The translations under genes and the position numbers were made by a program. 64,000 nucleotides of DNA. Origin: Enoplolaimus lenunculus. Its lineage: Eukaryota. This document shows, one piece after another, positions 25,323 through 37,301 of the stretch. Numbering within the stretch: the stretch's first letter is position 1; every line of letters begins with the position of its first letter. Location: the NCBI GenBank assembly GCA_030248215.1, contig JASANG010003765.1, positions 62,001 through 126,000 of the forward strand, read 5' to 3'. The notes below the pieces were generated by a model, which saw only the letters and a list, made by a program, of their open reading frames with translations, was not told the origin of the DNA and made no database searches.

Positions 25323-27609
25323 TTTGCAGCTAAAATGTCGGAGAAGGCGATGCCTCAATGCTTGACTGTTAATTCGACGTAGGTCGTAGCTGTCTAAGTG
25401 ATGAGCGATTGCACACCAGATGCAGCTGCAACGGAGCCTGCAAGTTTCATTGCGCAGTGATTAAATTGGAACGCTATGGTAGTGCTGGATGAAGCGTTAC
25501 CCCTGGCATTTCCGCGTGCATGGAAATGCTTGTGGATTCGTATCCCGTCGATTAGATTTACTCAAGACTTGCCTATTTTCCTAAATATGTGTTTTTTCTG
25601 TCGCTCAGACTTAAATTTTCCACCATAACATTAATCCGCCGGGGGTAAGTGGCATTGAATTTTACTTTTCAACTTGCAAGCGCTCTCGGTCAGCCATAAA
25701 TTCTGCGTGAGATTTCCGGGTTGGGTTTTTCTTCTTTGCGCGTCTGACAAAAACTGCGGTAACGATTTAAAATTTTTAGAAATCTAGCGCGAGCTGATTT
25801 GTCGTTTAAATACAACTTGATAATGTGTGGTCCTTGATGAATTGCGGAAACATCAAACGGTTCGTTTTCCATTCATCATCGTCGGTTTCGATAAATTCAT
25901 GCAGTAACGGTTTAAAATCAAAATTCATTTCATCGTCGGATATCGAAATGACGACAGGAGTCTTTTGGCTTAAAATTTTTAATTTGGCTTAAGCTAAAAA
26001 TGTCATCGGTTTAGATTTTTAATTTTCGCCGCATATACTTAAACTCAGATTTCTTCGAAAACTTCTCGTTAAAGCAGTGTATTTTTACTCAAATTTCATA
26101 TATCTCCTTCTTTAACCTGTTTTTCAGATTTAATGATTATGTAATATTCAGGTAAATTTTGGAATTATTTTTCGAAAACAGACCGTTTCTTGTATAAAAA
26201 TGGCTGCATTTGTGGAAGTTGGTTATAACGTAGTAAACACCAACAAAATGTTACATTTTCGCATAACATTTTCACTATAAAAGATAACAAAGCTTGCGTT
26301 TTGCTGCTTATTTGTTTGTTTCCTGCCTAAAATTGTCGTTCTGAGATTTTAAATCAGTTTGTTACGTTGCTAATAATCTCAATAACAAACAAAAAGTCAC
26401 AAACATTACTAAATTGTTAGAACTTTCAGGCTATAAACCGTTGTTTTGGTTTCGGTACATCAATGCTGAAAGTTGAGCCAATTTCGTCAGTGAAACCGTT
26501 TGTTTTTTTGCAAAAGCTGAACTAATCGTCATCACCATATGAGAAGAGGATTTGATAGTTTTAAGGAACCAAAATACCACTTAGTTTCAGTTCTATCCCA
26601 ATGTTATGCTAATCGCTCCGATTTAGTGACGTGGCCGAATAAATGTATACTGCGCACTACAATACCAATATGACACCAATTATTAATATGACACAATTCT
26701 GACACAGGTTGAATGTCCTAATGCGTCATCCACTTTTAGTTGCGCCCAGCATGTGGAAAATGGAAACGTCAATTTTCCATTACTGTTTTCAAAAACAGGG
26801 GCAGTGGGAAATTGGATTTTAAATTTGTGTAAATTTACACCACTACTGATTTTAAAATTGATAGATATGGAAAATTGACCCATTTTCCAAACTCAATTTC
26901 CTCTTTAATACTGCAAATTTTGAGGCAAGCTATATGGAACCTATGTTAGACGTGCCTAAATTCTGTTTGATCTGGCCACTGGTTCATAAAATGCCAATAT
27001 CCAAGTACCCCAGAAAACCGTGCAATCGTAATCCCTTTAGAATTACACCAATTTCAAAAAACCGTGCAATGCTAACCCCGTTAGAATTACACCGAAATTC
27101 TGCCAAACTAACCAGCATTAGAATGACTATCTCTGGTTAAAGAATAGTGAGACTTAGCAAAGTTAGAATCACTAGACTTTCTCAAAACTCCTGATTTCTC
27201 AAGATTCTTCAGTTATTCCATCAGCTCCAGTACATAAAAACTGCCAAAAACGTGCTTAAAACAAACTTATAATAGAAGTTTGGCAGTTTTTGTCAAATTT
27301 GGTGAATTCGACCATCATTTTAACTGCCCAATTCGACTTGAAGTGCGACAATGTATACGCTTCGGCCAGTTCCCGCTGCCTCTGTCTCTTGTATTTTTGT
27401 CGCTCAGCTACGACCCTGCCGAATGTTTTGGCAGTTTTAATAGCAAACTTTTTTTAATTCTTTTAAACTTGTGACATAGAATGATTTTGTTTGTACAAAA
27501 TTTGTTGATTATAAACTCAAAAAGCAACGTTTTAACATTTAATAAATTAATGCTATTAACGAGGTCAAAATGATTTAAATTGCATATTTCTGATTCATCT
27601 CTGGCTCTG

Positions 27610-28064
27610 TACTGTATTGACCCGAATAAGAGGGGGACTGATATTTATTTGGCCTCTCCAGAGGATGCCCCCCTTGTTATTCGGTTACGGACTGCTATTT
27701 ATTTTAACCCACGCTCCGCCGCCCTTCGTTACTGATATATATCCGGTACTGCAATTATCTGTTGAATTAAACGTTTATTTGTCTTATATCAATAGCTTGA
27801 GCGATAATTCAAGGATATATTTAGGAATTTACTTTCAAAATTTAAGTACGCTTTAAAGTTTCGAACTCAAATTATTTGGTCCTGGAGTCATTTATGCGCT
27901 AACTACAATTAGGGTTAATTGACATTTATGGACTCTAATTAGGGTTTAGGGACTCTATCCGCTTACGGACTCTTATTAGGGATACGGACTCCTATTGATT
28001 CAGACCCAAAATGGGGACCTCCCCCTCTTATTACCCTCCCCCTCCTATTCGGGTCAATACAGTA
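27610..28064. mobile_element. Tc1/mariner-type MITE
   Basis: Perfect 19-bp IR TACTGTATTGACCCGAATA / TATTCGGGTCAATACAGTA including the TA target; related copies at 15742 and ~35405. Confidence 0.85.
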
Positions 28065-31000
28065 TCCAACTGTATATCCGTGATCAATGCACTTTTAGTT
28101 TACAAGCCGATAGCATCTATTTTCTCTTTGCGCTTTTGAAAATTAAAGCACCTCTTGGTTTCATTATTTTTTAATTTGTTTGCAATATGTAATGGCAAGT
28201 TAACATTTCACTTCCAAATTTAACTATACAGATATAGTTTTGCCGCAGTTAAACTAAACGCAATGTATGTAAATTCAATATAACGTTCCAGCACCAGTGA
28301 CAAGTATACAATGCTGATTGATTCAAATAAAGGTATTTCAATGGTAAAAGTTAAATATATATGTCGCACACCAAACAGCTATTTGAATTAATTGGAATTT
28401 GGGACATCCCAAACGACAATTGCCGTTCGGGGCAGCACAGACAACTGATGGAATGCAGACTAATTTTGATTGGTTGATCAGGTTTGACTATATTCGAGAA
28501 CACAGGCTTGCACAGTAGTTATTGAGCTATACGATATTTGCTAACAATAAATTAAACAAGCTACATTTTGTCTGAAAACCAAATTTAGCCACCGCGAGTA
28601 AAACAGCTTGCAGCAGTTTCATCTGTTGGTTTGGATAGGTTTTGATATTTAACCGAATTTTAAGTCAGATACTCTCTGTTTTACGCTAACGTTCTGTGAT
28701 TTATGCCAAAATCCATTCTCAACTTTCAATGATTGAAAGTTCTTTTAGCATGCAGCAAAATTTGAGTCCCTTTCGAAACAACTGTTTTTACCGCCATATC
28801 GCCGAGGCTAAATTGATTTTCAAGCATTGACAATAGCGTGAACAGCTAATGCATTGCATTCTAACGCAAGAATTCAGTCTTTTTATTATGTTACAATATA
28901 TTTTTTCACCTTATTTTCAATATTTTTTCAAAATCTTGGTTAGTTTTCACAATGTTGGAATATGATCAAAGCAAGAATGATTCTTTGCACAGTTCGTTAT
29001 GACGACTGTGGTGGAGCAAAACGCACTTTTAATTGTTTTACAACGCTCCTCACGTGTTAAAACTATCCATTGGAAAGTTTTTCACGTTGTGTTATACTAA
29101 CCATTCGCACGTTTACTTATTTATAGATCTGTGCTATAAACCAAAGGTGTTGTCTGATGCCTATGATAATTTATGATTCAAACTTAAGCAACAGCTAAAA
29201 AGTACTATACACTTCACATTTTTGAGTGCTATTATAAATTTTCTCTCCTTCCGGTCTGAAAACTGACCATTGGTGCGGCCTCTAGTAATCGAAGCTACGA
29301 GTAATGCTTCAACAGACGGCGAAAGCTGCAGTCGTTCTCTCGGCACAGTGAGTAGCAAGGTGCTGTTGGGTTCAGTTACCGGAGCAGAGATGCTAATTGG
29401 CTGCACAGATGTGCTGCAACAGTACATACGCCCCATTTTGGTTTGACTTAGCACTCAAGTATAGTTGTTAAACTATTATTGGAGCAATAAAACGGGTCGT
29501 TGCGGTTGATCTTATGTTGCGTACATACACTCAACAAAGGTTTTCTATGAATGCTTCCAGGGTTGAACTGGAGGTTAAAAACACAGCCACCAAGATAAAA
29601 AATTGCGGTGAATCGAAATCAAATGGTTAAAATAGCGTTTAATTTTCTGATTTTGGCAAATATCTGCAAAACGGTTTTCAAGCATTTTAGTAGTGCTGTA
29701 TTTTTAAGGAATCTCGACAAATAACTCCTAAAATTGTACCAAACCATAAAACCAGCAGCACCGAAAGATATAATTTTTGTGTAACTATATAACATTTCAC
29801 TACCAAAATGCCATACCCCCGACATAAGCCCTAGCGTAGGAGGAGGTGGATTTTCTACCAGAGCCGGTGACAAAGCTGTGGTTATTTACTGAGCGGTGAA
29901 AAAATTCTAGCTGAGAATTTGTAACAAAACTTATCAACAACGTTCTTCTGTGTTCATAACACATATTTCTTTGATGATTGCCGCAAGCGAAAACAGAGTC
30001 GCCGCCCGAGGGCGGTGACAACAAGGTATATTCGGTGAAGAATTTCAATTACAGAGGTGAAATTTGATTGGTTAAGCAAAACAACAATAAAACAGCATTA
30101 CCCACATAACGTTCGACTAACCACTACGGCACAAGCTCACAAAGGTTTGCTTGTATATACAAACCTTGTTTAATTTATACTTTGCAAATATGGTAAAGGC
30201 AAATATATATTGTGTAAGTCACTTTTATCGAACACATTCAAGCCTGAATAAGCAATTACAAACAGTTCGCATTGCAGCAGCTATTTCGTGTGCACAATCC
30301 TCGAATCAAATGCAGTTTGTATTCCTTCCAGTAATTGTTGGGGCTGCCTCGAATAGCAACTGTTGTTTGAGACGTTCCAGTTGCCAACTGAGACAAATAA
30401 CTTTTTGTGGCACGACATACATATAACTTCAAAACCATATGTTTCTGTATGCTTTAATCTTTAATTTGTTCTTGTGCCCGTACCCTAAACTACATGCAGT
30501 ACACATATATCTCCAGTTGTAAATAGGTCTGGTATCTCTCATAAAGCTTGTTTAGCGTCGAAATTTTAGCATGAACGACGTTTATCACCGAAAAATGTAA
30601 CCATTGGACCCATTTGCACTAAAGTCACTCGAATTCACTGACGCGTTAAACTAAAATAAATATGTATACATCGGGTCGATTTATAGTAGTCAGCCTGTAA
30701 CACAACTGAATACATACCGAAAATTAATATTTAAAACGCTAATTTATCGCTTGCCAAAATCCTGAAACATGCAGTACTAGGCGGAAACGTATGAAAACTT
30801 ATGGAGTATGGTACAAATTGAAAATTTTGGCAATACACGATCAAACATTTATAGAGAAATAAGTTAGAATAATATGCCAACTTTTCTTACATTTTCCAAT
30901 GAGAAAAATTTTCAAAACAACGGAAATTTTACCGGAACCGGACAGTGAAAAATACCCCATTTCTCTACCGGTTGCGCCCTGTTTAAGACATATATCTCGT

Positions 31001-31527
31001 TAGAAATTAATTTAAACTTAGTCGTATGCTGGTATGCTTGTTAGAACGCCAAAAGTTCCTGGAATTCGATGTTAAACAACATTTCGTACAGTGCTGCGAA
31101 ACGTATTTTTCTATACCTTAACTTCGGTGGTCCTTTCAGGGTTGTCAAACTTGTGTCTTTAACACTTTTCTTAGGTTGCTTTCTGTTTTAATTAATAACC
31201 TAATGGAAGCTTTCAAAATTGAAATGGACCGGCAGTTAACGCGATATTGCAATCGTGACAATTTCAGACTGTATGGTTCTCGTAGGAATATTTGGTGCAG
31301 GTGTAACGCTTGGATATGTGCTATCAAGATACCACTTTCCTTCTGGTTAGCTTAAATGCATGAAGCTGTTATATTTCCGCGTTTATTTTGTCAGTTGTCC
31401 CATTCTAATTAACTTGATTTAATTCTAAGAAGTCATGTATATCATAGTCTTTCTTATTCAGAGAACTGGAAAATATATAGGACAGGGCAGTAACAGTGGT
31501 ATAAGCATTTTTGTAAGCCTAAGCCTA

Positions 31528-32209
31528 CACACAAAAATATTTTCTGATATTCAAGAAGTATTTTCTTACATACAAGACAATTATGTCGTAATCTACTTCA
31601 GACGGATATGTCTTGAACGCAAGACATTAGTTTCTGAAAATTGCAAAACTCTGTGTCTGAAATTTTAACACTTAAAACAGTGTGTTTCATATGCGATTAA
31701 GACAAGTATTTCTGAAATACAAGAGAAATATGTCTGAATTATAAGCCAGTGTCTGAAATTATAGAATTGTTTTGCTTATTTTTGAGACAAATATGTCTTA
31801 GAAACAATATGTGCCACAGATGTCGTCTTCAAAAGTGGAAGTTAATTCAACCAAATACAATTATTTTGCAACCTAAAATACGTCCAAGATGTAAACTTAG
31901 GTTGGGGGAGCCTGAGCTCAACCCGAAATATACTCTCTTAAGAATATGAGTGGAGCACTTTTTTACGTACATAAAAATCACAAAAAAAATTCTTGAATAT
32001 AAGACAGCCATTTTTTTGAAAGGAAGAAATTTGTTTCTTTTAAATTGTAAAAAGTAATTTCTTGAATATAAATCATTTATGTTTTAACCATTTCAGACAC
32101 AAAATTTCAAGCTGTTTTACGCTAGTAATGTCAGAGATACAACACATTAATGTCTTCAAAATTCAAGAAAGTAGGAGTCTTGAAATTTCAAGACAAGTTA
32201 TTTTGTGTG
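31528..32209. mobile_element. TA-target MITE nested in a telomeric-repeat MITE
   Basis: Ends CACACAAAATA-like / TATTTTGTGTG with TA on both sides; removing it restores AAGCCTAAGCCTAAGCCTAATC. Confidence 0.8.
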
Positions 32210-33782
32210 TAAGCCTAATCTTACGCAAAAATCTAGGCTAAAGCTTAAGTTTACTCTCTTGCAATCCTGCAGTAAAACGTTCCACCCGTAATATTAACAT
32301 AGGCCAGAGAATGTTACTCTTTGGCGTTTTTAATATGGTAGCTTTATCTTTTCCTAATGCTACAAATTTGCCAGCGTTGGTGTTGCGGTTTTGCTATGAA
32401 TCTTTCATGTGTTGAAAATTCCAGATTAGTTTGGCACATTATCTCAAGTGGGTGATATAAGCAAATGCATACCTATTGGGTAGGGCTAAGTTTATATCGT
32501 GTTTTGCTTTTGTTTCGAACCGCTAAATTTTTCCTGGTCCTCTGCTTATGTTAGGTTCGGTAATCCCTCAGCTATACAATGTACTGAGTATTGGCCAATG
32601 TCCCATGTAGGTCATTTGTTTGAAAACAGTATGGCATGTCGTAATTTTCAGTTAAAGTAAACCCTGGTATCGACAAGCAGGTGTTCAAAGTGCGGCATGA
32701 ATTTTCAGTGGAAGAAGTTGGCGAAAAATTATCACTTTGTCGATGTTGGCGATCGGAAACGGTAATTTGAGGTCAATGAGTAAAACGTGTGTTTGAACAT
32801 ACAAAACAAAAAAACTGAAACTTTATGCGTGCATTCAGGACCGGATTATGTTGGTGGGTGGCCCGGCACCCATATGACTAGAAGGACCTGTTATTAACCA
32901 TAATTATTTTACTTATACACCTGAGCTTTAAAAGAACACATTTTAATGAAATAAACTGTATCACAAGTACGAAAAAAATTTCGGTCAGGGCACTTTTTTA
33001 GATTACAAGCCGGAGCCGTAGCCGGAGGTAAGGCGAAATGGTTAATTAGGTTGTTGTAGCCAATATCTGCAATATGTTGTTAAAAGTGGTTTGGTTTTAC
33101 GCTAATTTTCTGTGAAAATTTCGTGAATTCTTTCCTAAAAACTGCGACAAAAGTAAAACGAAACGCACTAAACAGATAAATTTTACAAAATTATGCAAAT
33201 TTTATTACCGAAATTGCCGGAACGTCCGGCAAAAATTCTACAGGAACCGGAGCCGGAAGCCGATTTTCTGCCGGAGCCGGAGGCACACCTCCGGTTGTAC
33301 CCCGGTGGAAGGCCCCTTTTGATGGGAGGCCCGTGGCCCGGGCCCCTGCTCTCCCTTTAATTAGGCACTGCATGCATTCAACTTGGTTATTAACGAATCC
33401 ACGGTAATCTGTCGCTCTACAACTTATTGCGCGAATGTGTCCTTTTCCTAAAAGCCTTAGAATAACTTTAAGCATATGCCTAAACAAATGATAGACAAGT
33501 GATATAGAGTCGGCGAGATTTCGGATTACCAGTTTTAATCGACGAGTTGTCAGTGGACGACGAACTGTCGCTATATCGTTAACTAATGTGCAAGTGGGGT
33601 TCAGTGAAGAAAATATTATATCAGGGCTGCAAGTGCAACTGCTAATTTGTAGTGTTTTACTCTTGTACAATGTAAACCAAAATTACTTATATTCAAGATT
33701 TTTTGTGGTATGGTCAAAAACTGTTCTTACGTTGCAGCGCGTTGCTTTGCAATTTGTTCAGATTGCACTATACTTTTGTCGG

Positions 33783-34445
33783 TCACCCGTACAACGCCGT
33801 TTGTCGCACGTGCGGCGCGGTCCGTCACCCGTGCGGCACCGTCCGTCAGCCGTGCGGCACCGTCCGTCAGCCGTGCGGCACCGTCCGTCACCCGTGCGGC
33901 ACCGTCCGTCACCCGTACGGCGCCGTCCGTCACCCGTACGGCGTCGTCCGTCACCCGTACGGCGTCGTCCGTCACCCGTACGGCGCCGTCCGTCACCCGT
34001 ACGGCGCCGTTCGTCACCCGTACGGCGCCGTCCGTCACCCGTACGGCGCCGTCCGTCACCCGTACGGCCCCTCCGTCCCCCGTACGGCGCCGTCCGTCAC
34101 CCGTGCGGCTCCGTCCGTCAGCCGTTCGGCTCCGTCCGTCAGCCGTGCGGCTCCGTCCGTCACCCGTACGGCGCCGTCCGTCACCCGTACGGCGCCGTCT
34201 GTCACCCGTACGGCGCCGTCTGTCACCGAACGGCGCCGTCTGTCACCCGTACGGCGCCGTCCGTCATCGTGCGGCGCCGTTCCGTGCGGTATCGTAAACA
34301 AATCGGTGACGGACGGCGCCGTACGTGTGACGGGCGGTGTCGGACGGCGCTGTACTGTTGACGCACGTGACGAACGGCGCCGTAGAGTAACGTACAGTGC
34401 CGTACGGGTGACGCACATTAAACGGACGGCGCGTACGGCGTACGA
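33783..34445. repeat. GC-rich 21-bp minisatellite with inverted tail
   Basis: Unit CCGTCCGTCACCCGTACGGCG repeated about 20 times, then degenerate reverse-complement units from ~34305. Confidence 0.9.
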
Positions 34446-36060
34446 TAATTTTGGCCAATGCCACTATTAGAGTCGTTCCATTTAGCGCAGGATACCTATA
34501 GAGTCGACGTGCGTTTTACACTAATTTCTTGTTTTGTCTTAAGATCAGGGGTAGTTGCAGACTAATTCTTATGCCGGCTGAGGTTTACAAATATGCTTTA
34601 TAGCGCCGTTACACCTCTAAATTAAAATTGACTAAAACATTTTAATAACGCCTTTGTATTGTTTTAGTTTCCATTATGTGACGGAGCCCACAAAGCTTAT
34701 AACAAGCAATATGGTGATAACGTTGGTCCAGTAGTGATTGTTAGAGATAAGAAACCCAAAAAAAGTAAAAAATGAAATTAGGCAAAAATTCATTTCAAGA
34801 AGCATTGATTCTAAACGCTTTATATGTAAATTTATGATTGTTTTATAACGGTGTACATTTCCGTTTCCGTTTTCGTTACAGAATTAACGGAAATTGTGGT
34901 ATTTTTCGTTTAACACTAGTTATAAATCAGGTATATACCTTGCAATTTTTTGTTACAGATAGGCTGCAATTGTTCAAATAAAAATTACGAAATTCATCCA
35001 AAACGTAAAAATTTCGTTGCATCCGACATTTTTCTTTAGTTTTTGAAAGATCGGTCAGTAGGTCTATGTTTGCCTCAATTGTTTTGGCAGAAAAAATTTT
35101 GGAAATTTATATATATATACATATATACATATATATATATTACATATATCTATATATATATTCTGTTGAAACGAAATTCAAAAAGACTAATTTTCGAATT
35201 AATCTTTCTTTGATGGGTGTAAAGTAGTGGGAACAAGCATATTCCTAAGCGTATACTTGAACCTAATCCAAAACGGCACGTCTCTGAAAGTAACATAGAA
35301 AGTGCTTCGTACCGACCAACATCAAATTAAAGATCATAAAATTCATCTCCATTTTATTGTGAATAAACATATAGAAATAACAAATACCGAAAAGCATGGG
35401 TATATACTGTAGTGAGCCGAATAAAAGGAGGGACTGATATTTATTTTGCTTCTCCAGAAGGTGCCTCTGCTGTTCTTCGTTTCGAACTGTTGCTCTTTCT
35501 TAATTCACTCATGTTTAGTTAAACCTGATAGCCTGCTTTTGCGTCCTGTCGTTTGGGCACAACTAATTTGCTGCGTAGCTTTTTTGTTGTTATATCAGTA
35601 AACTTTTTTCTGGATTCAATAAAGTTTATGCGGTATGTCTGTCCGTGTCTGTTATATAATTGAGCAGTCTAGACAATTCTTCTGTTTTGGTCTCTTTTAT
35701 GATCTCTAATCAGGAATTATGGACTCTATTCACTCCGCATTTCGATTACAAATACAGAATCCCATTGATTAAAACTCCAAATGGAGAGGGTCTCTTATTA
35801 CCTTTCCCCTACTCTGCCAAATATCTCAGTTTATATTGCTTGCACTCGAAGCATGTTGATGTTGTGAAGATTTGCAATGGGCTTGTGACTTAATAGTCTA
35901 AACTATTTATTTCTAAAGGAAGGAAAGCCGTGTAACATACATCTATTACTTGTTCCTTAATGAGTTCAGGCAGCAATAGGAGTTGTTTCGCCAAGAACAA
36001 AGCTTAATTAAACGAATCAAACCTATAGACGCAGAACACTTAAGGAACTATAAAAAGATA

Positions 36061-36235
36061 CTAGACAGATGGTTTTGCGCAATGCGCAAAAGCTAGCGAG
36101 TACACGAACATTTTCCCGCAGATATTCTTTTCATAGAACAATAATGTTTATGTTTTAAGAATTTATTGTAAACAAAGTAATGCTGGAAAGTTGCCCAAAA
36201 TACGTATGTGGGGCGTTCCAGCTTTAATATATAGA
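36061..36235 (-). mobile_element. Minimal non-autonomous Helitron
   Basis: Minus strand begins A|TCTATATATTAAAG and ends with hairpin TTTTGCGCA-T-TGCGCAAAA, then CCATCTGTCTAG|T. Inserted in an AT dinucleotide with no TSD. Second copy with a matching 5' end at ~39237-39438. Confidence 0.8.
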
Positions 36236-36401
36236 TATAATCATTTTATGAGACAGCGCTGTGCATATTTTAACACTATAAGCTTAGATAAATACCCTAA
36301 AATAAAATATATGGAATGTAGCACACAGAGTTGATACGTTTAGAAGATACATATCGGTTAAAGCAAACTATTAATATCATGGCATAAAAAAGTGTCCATG
36401 G

Positions 36402-36744
36402 CTGGAATCCTACTTAAATATTTACTTAAATTATACGTAAGTAAATTTAATTTAAGTCACTGACTTAAGTAAATAACTTTTTTAAGAAAAGTAAATCAAT
36501 GCTAAATGTGAGTAAGTATCATAACAGGAAAGCCATAGTTTTGCTTACTATTAAGAAGGTATCATGACCCTACAATTTTAATTAGATCAAGGCTAATACG
36601 CCGAACTGTTACCATGTATTATATCAAATTTAGTCAGACTTAAGTATTTGCTTAACAAAAGTACGCTTTTAAAAACGACAAAATGGTTGAGTAATTGCTT
36701 AGCACATACTTAAGTTGTAACGTCGTACTTAAGTAGGATTTCAG
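36402..36744. mobile_element. MITE
   Basis: TIR CTGGAATCCTACTTAA / TTAAGTAGGATTTCAG with internal ACTTAAGT repeats. Confidence 0.65.
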
Positions 36745-37301
36745 AAACCCACTCAATGTTAACCAAAGGAACTTGCCCACTAAGCCTCAACCCTAAGCCT
36801 AGACCCCGCGTAAACCTAAGCCTAAATCTAAAACTAAACTTCTCCGTCTCTAAAAACACCAGTCGCCAAGTCTCTCAGTGGGCACGCCTCTATAATTAAC
36901 ATTGGAGTTAAAAGGATAAAGCTAACAAATAGCAAAAAACAACATAAAGCTGAAACATGTTTTGTAATGTGTACTCTTTGATCTATGAAGAAGTTTTCGG
37001 TCAAAGATAAATTTTATTTGATTTAAAAATGGATTAATTTTAACAGAATTTAAGTTTTGCAATTTGAAAAGCTTATTTTTCAACTGACCTAAAGACTTCG
37101 AAAGCGAAACCACACCAGTTCTGCTTTCTAGTCGCCGCCCAACTCTACCGTTCCTGATAAAGGGGACAAGGTGATTTTGCGTTAAAATAATTCTGTTTGG
37201 AAATTTTTTGTTTTCCCTTCACAATTCTGACTGCCATGCCTACTAATAGATATTCTTAGTTGAATTCGATTTATATTCCGCTCGCAATTTTACCACATAT
37301 T

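Noticed and set aside
29161..29454. 97-aa ORF inside the long inverted repeat
   Set aside because: No recognisable domain, start context or consistent splice partners.
33783..34300. Possible CRISPR array
   Set aside because: Contiguous repeats without unique spacers, no cas genes, eukaryotic context.
33588..34470. Six overlapping ORFs (RRRPSPV / TRTAPSV / HPYGAVR repeats)
   Set aside because: Artefact of a stop-free 21-bp minisatellite open in all frames; no splice or domain support.
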